The notes: a model not told the origin generated them from the sequence alone. A stretch of DNA of 64,000 bases from a bacterium (GCA_965248395.1 OZ252103.1:3222876-3286875); one strand, 5' to 3'; shown: positions 19,868 to 29,637, counted from the stretch's first letter. Numbers and translations are program-made.

Positions 19868-21829
19868 CTACCGTACCACGGCGCGGCCATAGTAGTAGGG
19901 GAGAGCCTGTGGGGACGGTCGATACGACCAGGCCAGGCGGGCCTTGCCGATGTTGGCCCCCGGACCGGCATCGGCCTCGTCGCCGTCGTAGATCACCACG
20001 TTGAAACCGATGGTCTCTCCCGCGGCCGGCGCGGTGCCGCCGGGCATGTCGGACCAGGGAATGGCGGTCTCGATGACGTAACCGTAATCAGTGAACCTGG
20101 ATGCCACCCGCATTCCCGGCGCTGTCTTTTCTATCACACCCTGTCTTGCGTCGGCGTCTCGGGCCGCCCTGGGATCCCGGCCCGCAGTGGTCCCGGGAAA
20201 GATGCCCACCTTGAAAACCGTCAACGAATTATCGCTCTGGCCGGATGGATCGACGCAGATCTCCACGGCATCCGAACGCCAGTGGCCCTTAACGTCGTCC
20301 GGGGCGATATTGCAGACCACCACGTCGTCTCGGACGTCCACGGCGACGTACAGGTTCGTCTGGTCATAGGCGGTCCGCACCACAGCGCTTATGTCGTCAT
20401 CACCGCCCGGAACGGAACCCGACCAGACGTGGGCCGACGAAATGGCATGGGCCTCGATCCCCTCCCAGTCGGATAGTTCGCCGTCTATCAGCAGGGGACT
20501 CGCCGCAGGAACGAGATCCATTACCGGTAACACATCGATCATGCCGGTCTCAACCACGGCCTGCCCCGCCGATGTGGTGGACAGCTTGACCGGGTAGCTG
20601 CCCTGCTCCAGGTGATCCGGGACGCGGACGGTAAAGGGAACGGTCTGCTTACCGCGGCCGGGTACCTCGTAATCCGCCTCAAGTGGCCGGTCCGTCCATC
20701 CTTCCGGAAGGTCGAGCTGCGTCTGACCCGATGTGACCTGTTGCCGCGTGCTGGTTAGTTCCGCCTCCAGCGTACCGGTCATTCCCGCGCCGATGGACAG
20801 TGCAGCGGGCAACATGCCCGCGGCCCAGGCTACCTGGTGTTCTTCGGCCCATTGGCGAAACCGGACGATGTCCGAACGGGGTACCATGGCAATGGACAGG
20901 GGCTCCGTCGAAGGAGGCGGACCCAGGACGATATCGGGATTACGCGGTCCCTCGAGGCTCCCGAGGAGCGTGTTGAGCCCGGCCGGCGACGGCGGCACCA
21001 GCGTCCTGACCAGCAGGAAAGACTCCGCCCGGGCCTGGCGCGGCGGCACCGTGGCGTTCCGATCGAAGCCCTGCGAGCGGAAATTGCGCAAGGCCAGGGA
21101 TTTGACTTCCGCGTAGCTCATGAACCGGCTGGGCGATATGTCCCCCGTTGGAATGGAAACTGCGCCGGAACGCCGGGTATTGTAGTAGAGTTTCACAGGC
21201 TGCCAGGTCCGCAGGAACTCCTCGCTGATCTGTTCTGGAAACCGTTCGGGATCGGCAGCGGCCGTAAAAGCCTCCGTTGCCAGCCTCGCCGCCGCCTGGT
21301 GCATGCCGTGGGTACCCGGCCCGGGCCACATGGTCACGATGACTTCAGGCCGGAGCAGGCGTACCAGGCGCACGAGCCGGTTCAACGTATCCTGGTGGCC
21401 CCATACGTCGAACACGGCCTTGTCGCTGAGCGTGTAAAAGAAATCGGTCTTGTCCAGGAAGTAAACCAGGTCCACCCCGTATTCTGCCGCGGAGCGCCGT
21501 ATCTCGGCCTCGCGGAGAATGCCCAGCGAGGGACCGAGTTCCCGGCCGATGCCGTTGCCACCGCCCTCGCCCCGCGTTACAAGCACGATGGCCGCCCGGG
21601 CGCCGCCGTCGAGGACCTCCCTGGCGAAGGTGGCCGTGACGCCGCTTTCATCGTCGGGATGGGCGCCCACGTACAGCAGGTCTACTTTCAGCAGGTGGTC
21701 GGATTGCATCTGGTCTATGGCCTGTGCGGTGGCACTACCTGGAAGCAGTGCGGCACTTGTGGACAGCAGCAGGGGAAGAAGGAAGGCTATGATCCATCTT
21801 CCCGCATGTAAGCAGGAACTGCGTTTCAT
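19868..21829 (-). CDS. secreted PIG-L family deacetylase with Ig-like (NEW3-like) and CBM9-like domains
   Basis: Signal peptide; GAHPDDE, TRGEGGGN, THGMHQ; C-terminal IDGELSDW..YVAVDVRDD..IETAIPW. Confidence 0.85.
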   Translation of the reverse strand: MKRSSCLHAGRWIIAFLLPLLLSTSAALLPGSATAQAIDQMQSDHLLKVDLLYVGAHPDDESGVTATFAREVLDGGARAAIVLVTRGEGGGNGIGRELGPSLGILREAEIRRSAAEYGVDLVYFLDKTDFFYTLSDKAVFDVWGHQDTLNRLVRLVRLLRPEVIVTMWPGPGTHGMHQAAARLATEAFTAAADPERFPEQISEEFLRTWQPVKLYYNTRRSGAVSIPTGDISPSRFMSYAEVKSLALRNFRSQGFDRNATVPPRQARAESFLLVRTLVPPSPAGLNTLLGSLEGPRNPDIVLGPPPSTEPLSIAMVPRSDIVRFRQWAEEHQVAWAAGMLPAALSIGAGMTGTLEAELTSTRQQVTSGQTQLDLPEGWTDRPLEADYEVPGRGKQTVPFTVRVPDHLEQGSYPVKLSTTSAGQAVVETGMIDVLPVMDLVPAASPLLIDGELSDWEGIEAHAISSAHVWSGSVPGGDDDISAVVRTAYDQTNLYVAVDVRDDVVVCNIAPDDVKGHWRSDAVEICVDPSGQSDNSLTVFKVGIFPGTTAGRDPRAARDADARQGVIEKTAPGMRVASRFTDYGYVIETAIPWSDMPGGTAPAAGETIGFNVVIYDGDEADAGPGANIGKARLAWSYRPSPQALPYYYGRAVVR

Positions 21830-22118
21830 TTCAAGTCGTTTTGAAGAGAAAGGAATGGATCCAAAGCTGGCGTGATCTGACCTCTGAAAACGTAGCTGGA
21901 GATCCACAATTCGACCAACTTCTCAATAAGATCAGATAAACCTGATTTCGCGTTTCTGTCAAGGGTTTTGGTGAACAGGAAATGTATCCGATTGAAATCT
22001 GATCTTTGTATATACATAATTACCACAATACAGGAGCCTTCTTGAATGCGCGCGAGGCCCGCTTTCAAAATAACAGGTTACAGCGCATTTCACACCGATC
22101 AGTTGAAAGGCGAATAAC

Positions 22119-23129
22119 ATGACCGATCTGATCGTCGTTCATCCAGGTTTTGACGGAGTCTGGCCTTTTGCGGCCGACCAATTTCACACCCTGTGGCCCG
22201 AAGCAGACTTTATACGTCTGTCGGACGGGGACGAGCGTCCGCTGGGCGAGGTCGTAGAGTATCCGGGCGAGGTGACGCGGTTGGCTACGCTGGGGATGTC
22301 GGTGACCCTTGACTGCCTTCAGCGTTTCAGTTTGTTGCGGGAAGCAACCTTCCAGGGAGCCTATGACCGGAAGCTGGGCGAGGGTTGCAGCGAGTACCTG
22401 GCCGAGGCCGGCGTTGCCATTTACGATCATCCGAGCGAGGGATTCTGGTCGCAGACCGTGGCGGAATTCGGGTTGGCGCTGACGCTGTGCGGACTGAGGC
22501 GCATACCCCAATTGCACCGGGAGATCATCCAAAGCCAGGCGCCCTGGGACTACGAGCCGCCCGATGGCCGGGGCCGGCCCGGGGCGCGGGGACACCAGTT
22601 CGGCGACGACCCTGCCTTTACCAGCGGCACGCTGTGCGGCAAGCGGGTACGGATCGTGGGAGCCGGCAATATCGCCAGCCGGTACGCCAGCTTCGCGTCC
22701 ATGCTGGGCGCAGACGTGGCGGCATGGGATCCGTACGCCGCCGAGCCGGGCTTTCACCGGGCCGGATCGCGCCGCGTCTACCACCTGGATCAACTTGTCG
22801 CGGACGCCGAAGTATTCGCGCCCATGGTACCACTCACGGAATCGACGCGCGGCCTGGTGGAGGCGGGACATATTGACGCGTTGCCCAGGGGTTGCCTGGT
22901 GGTACTGGTGACCCGGGCCAAGATCTGCGACACCGATGCGATCCGGCGGCGCGTGATGGCCGACGAACTGAGCCTGGCGGCGGATGTATGGGACCTGGAA
23001 CCCCTGCCCCTGGACGATCCGCTGCTCGGGCGCCACAACGTGGTGCATACACCGCACAACGCCGGACGCACGATCGACGCGAACAAGGCTTGGGCAGAGA
23101 AACTGGCCGTGCAGTTCAAGCCGCGGTAA
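22119..23129 (+). CDS. D-isomer-specific 2-hydroxyacid dehydrogenase family protein
   Basis: IVGAGNIA, WDPY, PLTESTRGLV, ADVWDLEPL, HTPHNAG. Confidence 0.88.
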   Translation: MTDLIVVHPGFDGVWPFAADQFHTLWPEADFIRLSDGDERPLGEVVEYPGEVTRLATLGMSVTLDCLQRFSLLREATFQGAYDRKLGEGCSEYLAEAGVAIYDHPSEGFWSQTVAEFGLALTLCGLRRIPQLHREIIQSQAPWDYEPPDGRGRPGARGHQFGDDPAFTSGTLCGKRVRIVGAGNIASRYASFASMLGADVAAWDPYAAEPGFHRAGSRRVYHLDQLVADAEVFAPMVPLTESTRGLVEAGHIDALPRGCLVVLVTRAKICDTDAIRRRVMADELSLAADVWDLEPLPLDDPLLGRHNVVHTPHNAGRTIDANKAWAEKLAVQFKPR

Positions 23130-23187
23130 GTACCTTGATATTGTATTCGTTGTAAAGGAAAGTATGGAGCTTGCTGGAAGGCGAGAA

Positions 23188-23259
23188 TAGCGGTACGGGG
23201 AATCGAACCCCGGTTTGATGGCTGAGAACCACCTGTCCTAACCACTAGACGATACCGCC
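23188..23259 (-). tRNA. tRNA-Glu (CTC)
   Basis: GGCGGTATCGTCTAGTGGTTAGGACAGGTGGTT-CTC-AGCCATCAAACCGGGGTTCGATTCCCCGTACCGCTA cloverleaf; CCA not encoded; upstream TTGACT-17-TACATT. Confidence 0.96.
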
Positions 23260-23373
23260 AAATTGCAACTGAAAATGTACTCCAAAAGCTAGCCGGAGTC
23301 AAGACTTCTGGCCTACATATTCGCAGGCCGTCTGCCATCCCGTCCGCCCTCGACGGCGCGGTAGAAAGGCGAA

Positions 23374-23444
23374 CTGGGGGGCAGGGATTCGAACCCCGAT
23401 TCCATGGTCCAGAGCCATGTGTCCTACCCTTGAACGACCCCCCA
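23374..23444 (-). tRNA. tRNA-Gln (CTG)
   Basis: TGGGGGGTCGTTCAAGGGTAGGACACATGGCT-CTG-GACCATGGAATCGGGGTTCGAATCCCTGCCCCCCAG cloverleaf; CCA not encoded. Confidence 0.96.
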
Positions 23445-23600
23445 TCGAGATTGACGGATAACCGCAGCCGGTGCTACTTAAACTTCGCGTATATTATAGG
23501 TATTTGGAACGAAAAATCAAGTAAAATCAGGCTGTGGAGACGCCTCCAGGAGACGTGCGATTTCCGGATCAAGGCTACCACAGTTTAGAAAATTCGTTCC

Positions 23601-24752
23601 TCAAACGCGCTCGTAGGGGTCGAAGAGACGCTCGTATTCTCTCAGGGCATAGCGGTCGGTCATCCCCGCGATGTAGTCGCAGACGGTCCGCTCGAGCGGC
23701 GCGTCCTCCGCTGGTCGGTGGTCGGTCGGGGGCAACTGTCGGGGGTCGGCCAGGTATTCGTTGAACAGGCTTTCCAAGAACCGGGTCGCCTTGCGGGACA
23801 TGCGTATCAACCGGTAATGCCTGTAAAAGTTGTCATACAGATAGGTGCGAAGCTGGTTGTTCCTTACGGCCATTTCAGCACTGTAATCCACCACGGGGAT
23901 GGCCAGTTTCCGCACTTCATCCGGTGATTTCACGTTGTGGCGTTCCAGGTTTTCATGGGTCGTCTGGACGACGTCGATGATCTGCTGGTTGATCAAGGCC
24001 CGGATGATCTGGTACAGTTGCCGCGTGGGGTCCAGGTGACGTGCCTTCTCCGCCTGCTCTTGAATCGCCCCGTCCCAGACATCCAGATCAGCCAGCTGGT
24101 CGAGACTCAGAATGCCGGCGCTGATTCCATCGTCGAGGTCATGGGAATTATAGGCGATTTCGTCGGCGAGATTAGCGATCTGCGCTTCCACGGAGGCGAA
24201 TTGGCCGGGTTGAAATTCGTTGGTATCGAACCCGTGGGGTGCGTTGTGCTTGGCAATGCCTTCCCGCGTTTCCCACGTCAGATTGAGGCCCTGGAAGGAG
24301 GGATAGCGCCATTCCAGGTGATCGATCACCCGCAGGCTCTGCTTGTTGTGCTGGAATCCGCCGTGATCCCGCATCAGGTGGTCGAGGGCCTCTTCTCCGC
24401 AGTGGCCGAAGGGAGGATGCCCCAGGTCGTGGGCCAGAGCGATGGCCGCGGCGAGATCCTGGTTGGCCCCCAGGTTCCGGGCGATCGTCTCCGATACGCC
24501 GGCCGTTTCCATGGTGTGCGTAAGGCGCGTCCTGTAGTGGTCTCCCTCGTGGTACACGAAGACCTGCGTCTTGTATTCCAGCCGCCGAAAGGACTTCGAA
24601 TGGACGATACGGTCGCGGTCACGCTGAAAAGGCGTCCGCCACGGGGCCTCCTCCTCGGGGTGCCTGCGTCCCCGGCATGTGTGGCTCATCACTGCATAGG
24701 GCGCAAGGGTACGCTCCTCCAGGTCCTCCAGCCGGGCTCGGTCGACAATCAT
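23601..24752 (-). CDS. dgt: deoxyguanosinetriphosphate triphosphohydrolase (dGTPase)
   Basis: FQRDRDRIVHSKSFRRLEYKTQV, RTRLTH, HDLGHPPFGH, DYIAGMTDRYA. Confidence 0.95.
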   Translation of the reverse strand: MIVDRARLEDLEERTLAPYAVMSHTCRGRRHPEEEAPWRTPFQRDRDRIVHSKSFRRLEYKTQVFVYHEGDHYRTRLTHTMETAGVSETIARNLGANQDLAAAIALAHDLGHPPFGHCGEEALDHLMRDHGGFQHNKQSLRVIDHLEWRYPSFQGLNLTWETREGIAKHNAPHGFDTNEFQPGQFASVEAQIANLADEIAYNSHDLDDGISAGILSLDQLADLDVWDGAIQEQAEKARHLDPTRQLYQIIRALINQQIIDVVQTTHENLERHNVKSPDEVRKLAIPVVDYSAEMAVRNNQLRTYLYDNFYRHYRLIRMSRKATRFLESLFNEYLADPRQLPPTDHRPAEDAPLERTVCDYIAGMTDRYALREYERLFDPYERV

Positions 24753-24769
24753 TTATTGCGCTCCGATTT

Positions 24770-26161
24770 TCAGGTTCCGGCGATCAGGGCGCCACCCAGG
24801 TCGATGTCCTGGACCATGGTGGCGTTGAAGGCCGCCTCGACCAGCCGGTGCTTCACTTCACAACAGTCGGGATCGTGCCACATATTCTCGAATTCCCACG
24901 GGTCGGTGTCCAGGTCGTACAATTCGCCCTTGTCGTGGGTGTGGTACACCACCAGCTTGTAGCGCTCGTCCCGGTACATCGTGGCGTAGGACAGCGGTTT
25001 TGCGGCGACGGCGTCGTAGTACTCGGAACGGACGAAGGAGCGGTGGTAGCCGGGATCCGATTCGCCTGTCAAAATGGGTAGCAGGCTGCGGCCCTGGAAC
25101 GCGTCGGGTAGATCCACGCCGCCCAGGTCCAGCATGGTCGCCGACATGTCGACCAGTTCGACCAGCGCGTCGCTTCTGCGGTCCGCTTCCATGTACCCGG
25201 GATGGGAGAAGATCAGGGGCACTCGCACCAGGCCCTCGTAAAACCGGCAACCCTTCCACAACAGTCCGTGGTCACCCAGGCATTCGCCGTGATCACTCGT
25301 GAAGATGATCACGGTGTTATCCCGCTGTCCCGTACGTTCGATTTCACGCAGGATCCGTGCGAATTGGTCGTCGATCTGCCGGATCATGGCATAGTAAAGC
25401 GCCTGCTGCTTACGGCCGTCAAAGGAATCGGGATGTCGCGATTCGGACTGGAAGAAAACCCCCCGCAGTTCATCCTGCTGGGCCAGGTCACTTTCGCGGA
25501 AATGGGGACCGGGCATATCGGCCGGATCGAACATATCGGCGTAGACGCGGGGCGGGATCAACGGCTCGTGGGGGCTGTAGGGATTGAGGGTCAGCATCCA
25601 GGGTGTATCGCCGTCCCTGGTCTGGTTGATGAACTCGAGGGCGCACTCGGTCACCCAGGTGGTCTGGTGGAGTTCCGGCGGAATCCGGTCTTCGCTGGCG
25701 CGCAGGGCGTCCAGGTCGCCTCCCCGGTCGCGTACCCAGTCCCCGTAATCATGTCCCTCCGGCCAGTCGTTCCGGGGCGCGTGGCTGAAGCGCCAGTAAC
25801 GATAGCCGTCGTCCATGCGGGGTTCCGTGCGTTTCCCCGCGCTTTGCAGGTGAAACTTGCCCGCCAGGCCGCAGTCGTATCCGCTGTCCGCCAGCAGTTT
25901 GGAAATCAGGGGAGGCGGATTCACAAACGATCCGTTGCCGTTGCGGCAGTTGTGAATCCGCCCGGGGTACATGCCGGTCATGAAACTCGACCGGCTGGGT
26001 GTGCAAATCGGACTCTGGCAGTAGGCCCGCGTGAAAGCGACCCCATCCCGCACCAGGCCGTCCAGCGCGGGTGTGCTCACGTGGGGGTTGCCGAGAGCGC
26101 CTATGGTGTCGAACCGCTGCTGATCCGTGCAGTACCAGAAGATGTTGGGGCGTCTGGGCAT
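24770..26161 (-). CDS. sulfatase (formylglycine-dependent, Cys type)
   Basis: CTDQQR, CTPSRSSFMTG (CxPxR), GKFH, TSDHG, ELYDLDTDPWE. Confidence 0.93.
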   Translation of the reverse strand: MPRRPNIFWYCTDQQRFDTIGALGNPHVSTPALDGLVRDGVAFTRAYCQSPICTPSRSSFMTGMYPGRIHNCRNGNGSFVNPPPLISKLLADSGYDCGLAGKFHLQSAGKRTEPRMDDGYRYWRFSHAPRNDWPEGHDYGDWVRDRGGDLDALRASEDRIPPELHQTTWVTECALEFINQTRDGDTPWMLTLNPYSPHEPLIPPRVYADMFDPADMPGPHFRESDLAQQDELRGVFFQSESRHPDSFDGRKQQALYYAMIRQIDDQFARILREIERTGQRDNTVIIFTSDHGECLGDHGLLWKGCRFYEGLVRVPLIFSHPGYMEADRRSDALVELVDMSATMLDLGGVDLPDAFQGRSLLPILTGESDPGYHRSFVRSEYYDAVAAKPLSYATMYRDERYKLVVYHTHDKGELYDLDTDPWEFENMWHDPDCCEVKHRLVEAAFNATMVQDIDLGGALIAGT

Positions 26162-26185
26162 GTCAGGGTACACCCGCCGCCTTTT

Positions 26186-26719
26186 TTATTCGTCGGCGGG
26201 TTGCGTGGTGGCTTCCTCGCCGCCCATGGATTCGTCCACGTCACCTTCGTCCATATCGCCTTCGCCTTCATCCATGTCTTCGCCCATGCCTTCACCCATA
26301 TCGGGCGCTTCGGCGGCCATGATGTGCAGCATATCGCCCACGACGGCGCCTATGTCTGTAGCGGCGTTGCCCCCGTTGATGGCGATCTGAAGCGTGCCGG
26401 AATCCTCGTCCATCCGCGCGAGCCAGGCGCCTTCGGCCACGTCGCCGTAGTCCGTGACCATCGGCATGGCCATAGTCCATTCGTTATGGGTAACCGAAAC
26501 CCATCCGTCCGTGGCGAAACCGGCTTCCATCAACTGGTCGCTGGTGAGGTTGGTGTTGATATTGGCGAATTCTTCGCTTATGCTTGCGACTTCGCCATTG
26601 ATCATGGCGACGTCCATGGCCGCCTCTTCCATGGCTGGTTCTTCGGATCCGGAACCGCATCCAGCCAAGCCGAACAAGCCGACGAAACAGATCAACAGGT
26701 ACGATGTAAATCGGGTCAT
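26186..26719 (-). CDS. lipoprotein with a stand-alone SAM hydrolase/halogenase C-terminal-like domain and acidic tail
   Basis: Lipobox LAGC; core aligns by eye to the C-terminus of the DUF62 protein at 2187-2975. Confidence 0.7.
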   Translation of the reverse strand: MTRFTSYLLICFVGLFGLAGCGSGSEEPAMEEAAMDVAMINGEVASISEEFANINTNLTSDQLMEAGFATDGWVSVTHNEWTMAMPMVTDYGDVAEGAWLARMDEDSGTLQIAINGGNAATDIGAVVGDMLHIMAAEAPDMGEGMGEDMDEGEGDMDEGDVDESMGGEEATTQPADE

Positions 26720-26966
26720 GATCTTGATCCTTTCAAGTGGATTGCCGCCTTGCGCGTGACGTGTTGGTTAAATGTACTGATCTGTGTTTATATGTTTGGG
26801 TGAACCTGATTGTCGCGCAGTAAGTTACATACCTACTACATTTATATTCCAATTCAAGCCTGTTTGCAACATAAATCAACCGATCCCTATCGAGGCAATC
26901 CCGAATCGAGGTAAAATCGCAGTATGGCTTTAAAACGCCATGCCTTCCAGACTTGCCCAGCGGGGA

Positions 26967-27770
26967 TCAGGCATTCCCTGGCTCTGCCGTTACGGCCAGC
27001 TCCGCCCACTGCCGGCGTCCCACTTCCTTGATCCGGCTGTCGTCCCACTTTTCCAGGAGCCGATAGGACGGGTGGTCCGGACGGTCCTGGCAGGGATTGT
27101 GGCGGGTGTTGTAGCAGCAGATAAGGCTCCACCTCGGATCGTCGCTGTCGTTGGGATCGGAACGATGGAGCACGTTCGCGTGAAAGAAAAGTGCGGTGCC
27201 GGGCGACATTTCGCAGTACACGTGGTCGAGGTGATTCATCGCGAGCTCCACCCGTTTCGGATCGGCGCCCACCTGCGTGCCGTATCGACCGTGCTCGACT
27301 CTTCCCAGGCGGTGCGATCCCCTGATGACCTGGAGGCATCCGTTCCCCCTGTGGGCCCTGTCCACCGCGATGTAACAGCTGGCCATGTCGGGATACAGGG
27401 CCTGGTTGTGGTACCAGTAACCGTAGTCCTGGTGCCATTCCCACGCTCCGCCGACGCGGGGTTCCTTGACCATCATCTTGTAGTGGTACAGGTAGACCTC
27501 GTCGCCCATGAGCTTTTCCAGGGTATCTACCATGCGGCGCCCGTGACAGATGGCGTTGTAAATATCCTCGCGATCCGTATCCGACGTCAGCCAGAGCTTG
27601 CTTTTGCGTCCTTCCGTATCCTCGGCGGAGCGGACGAGTGCGGCCTTCTCCTGGTCGGTCCGGCCCACGTTGAGCAGGAGATCCATCTCCTCCTCGTCGT
27701 ACAGGCCTTCCACCATCAGGTAGCCGTCTTCCCGGAACTGTTTTTCATGTTCATCTGTAAGTTGGAACAT
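26967..27770 (-). CDS. phytanoyl-CoA dioxygenase (PhyH) family Fe(II)/2-oxoglutarate dioxygenase
   Basis: WHQDYGYW (HxD), NGCLQVIRGSH, VLHRSDPN. Confidence 0.92.
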   Translation of the reverse strand: MFQLTDEHEKQFREDGYLMVEGLYDEEEMDLLLNVGRTDQEKAALVRSAEDTEGRKSKLWLTSDTDREDIYNAICHGRRMVDTLEKLMGDEVYLYHYKMMVKEPRVGGAWEWHQDYGYWYHNQALYPDMASCYIAVDRAHRGNGCLQVIRGSHRLGRVEHGRYGTQVGADPKRVELAMNHLDHVYCEMSPGTALFFHANVLHRSDPNDSDDPRWSLICCYNTRHNPCQDRPDHPSYRLLEKWDDSRIKEVGRRQWAELAVTAEPGNA

Positions 27771-27886
27771 GGCGTTCTCCACGATAGGATATGGAGTAGT
27801 TCATATAATATAGGGCCGATCTCACCGTGAACGGCCCTTCTCATAGACCAGGGATTTCGTGGTGATCCTGCAAGTAGGGACGCTTT

Positions 27887-29113
27887 CTAAACCCTCACCC
27901 GGTGGCGCCGCTCCATGTGATGTGCAACGGACCGGCACACCCTTGATATACCCTCCCCGATGAGCGCCTTGTCGAGAAAGCTGTAGCAGATCCGGAAATG
28001 GTTCTTACCCCGGTCGTCCGTGAAGAAGGACGGTCCCGCCACGTAAGCCACTTTCTCATGCTCCACGGCCCAGGCCAGCATCGACGTCGAGTCGATCCCC
28101 TCCGGGATGGTCAGCCAGATGTAGAATCCGCCATCCGGCCGGGTCCACGTGACGCCCGGCGGCGCATGCTCGGCAAGGGCTTCCAGCGTGGCGTTGCGCT
28201 TTGCCCGGTACAGCGACCGGGACAGCACAATCTGGGAATCCATCAGTCCCTGCCTGCCGTATTCGTAGACGATGCGCTGCCCGAGGGTGCTGGAACACTG
28301 ATCGCTGCCCAGTTTCGCCTGGCAGAGCTGGGCGATTACGTGCGACGGCGCGGCGATCCAACCAAGACGGATCCCCGGTCCGAAGATCTTCGAAAAGGTA
28401 CTGACGAACAGCACGCCTTCGGGGTTCAGCGACTTGAGCGATGGCGGAGGCGCCTCGTCGAAATACAGTTCCGAGTAAGCGTGGTCTTCGAGGATGGGAA
28501 TGCCGTACTGTTCGGCCAGGTCGACCAGTTTGCGGCGCCGCTCAAGAGGCATCGTCACACCGCCGGGATTCTGAAAGGTCGGCATCGTGTAGATCAGCTT
28601 GGCCCGTTTGCCCTGCCGTTCCAGTTCCCTCAGCTGGTCCTCCAGCAGGTCGACGCGCATGCCTTCGTCATCGATATCCACCGCGACGAATTCCACGTCG
28701 TAACACCGGAAAACCGAGAAGGCGGTCAGATAGGTGGGGGCTTCCACGATCACGATATCGCCGGCGTTCAGAAAGGTCTTCGCGATGAGGTCCATCGCCT
28801 CGATCCCGCCGGAGGCGATCATGATTTCGTCCACCGTGGAGGTTACGCTTTCAATCGTCCCCATTCGCTTTGCGATCCACTCGCGGAGCGCTGTGTAGCC
28901 CGCGGTAGGACTGTACTGGAGCGCCATGCTGCCGTGGTGGTCGAATACCTGGTTCGTGACCTCCTTCATCGCCTCCATGGGAAAGGTGGCGGCATCCGGC
29001 AATCCACCGGCGAAGGAAAGAACATCCGGCCGCTCGGCCAGCTTGAGCAGCTCGATGACCGCCGTGTCCCCGATCAGGTCCATACGATCCGCGAATGCAT
29101 CCTGCCAGTCCAT
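27887..29113 (-). CDS. PLP-dependent class I/II aminotransferase (LysN/Aro8-like)
   Basis: SFAGGLPD, TFQNPGG, EDHAY, STFSKIFGPGIRLGW. Confidence 0.92.
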   Translation of the reverse strand: MDWQDAFADRMDLIGDTAVIELLKLAERPDVLSFAGGLPDAATFPMEAMKEVTNQVFDHHGSMALQYSPTAGYTALREWIAKRMGTIESVTSTVDEIMIASGGIEAMDLIAKTFLNAGDIVIVEAPTYLTAFSVFRCYDVEFVAVDIDDEGMRVDLLEDQLRELERQGKRAKLIYTMPTFQNPGGVTMPLERRRKLVDLAEQYGIPILEDHAYSELYFDEAPPPSLKSLNPEGVLFVSTFSKIFGPGIRLGWIAAPSHVIAQLCQAKLGSDQCSSTLGQRIVYEYGRQGLMDSQIVLSRSLYRAKRNATLEALAEHAPPGVTWTRPDGGFYIWLTIPEGIDSTSMLAWAVEHEKVAYVAGPSFFTDDRGKNHFRICYSFLDKALIGEGISRVCRSVAHHMERRHRVRV

Positions 29114-29379
29114 CGATACCCTCCTGCGCCTTTACGGATGAAAAACGAAATAACCGCGGCCGGATTCGAACCGGTCTGTTCGGAACGAAATTGCTTCAGA
29201 CTGCCAAAAATACCGCGGGGACGATCCTGAAGGCCGTCTCCCGCATGCATTAAAAGTAAGAACCAGGCCCCTGCAATACAAGATCAAAATTCCTTGACAC
29301 CGGTATGGTGTAACCCGTTATCATGGCGTACAATACGAAGCTACTCATCGCCTCCTTCACCGCCCAACCGAGGTGCTCC

Positions 29380-29637
29380 ATGCCCGAGGACAGCAATCCC
29401 GTAGCCAGCTTCCAGAAGAACAGCCAGGAGGAGTTCCGCTTCAACATTTCGTCTTTCAGGGGAAATGATTACGCCGACATACGAATCTACTACGAGAACG
29501 ACGGCGAGTACCTCCCAAGCAAGAAAGGCATCACCGTAGCGCCGGACGCCTGGAATGAATTCAGATCCTGCCTGGACGCGCTGGAGGCAGAACTGAAGGA
29601 ACGCAAACTGCTTCCCGCGGATGGCGAAGACACCTGA
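29380..29637 (+). CDS. PC4/YdbC family ssDNA-binding protein
   Basis: FRGNDYADIRIYY..YLPSKKGITV signature; GAGGTG RBS. Confidence 0.85.
   Translation: MPEDSNPVASFQKNSQEEFRFNISSFRGNDYADIRIYYENDGEYLPSKKGITVAPDAWNEFRSCLDALEAELKERKLLPADGEDT

Noticed and set aside
23188-23444. tRNA pair as an island or prophage attachment site
   Set aside because: No integrase, no duplicated tRNA 3' end and no compositional shift in the flanks.
23601-24752. dGTPase as an anti-phage defence gene
   Set aside because: It looks like the short housekeeping Dgt type and has no defence-island context.
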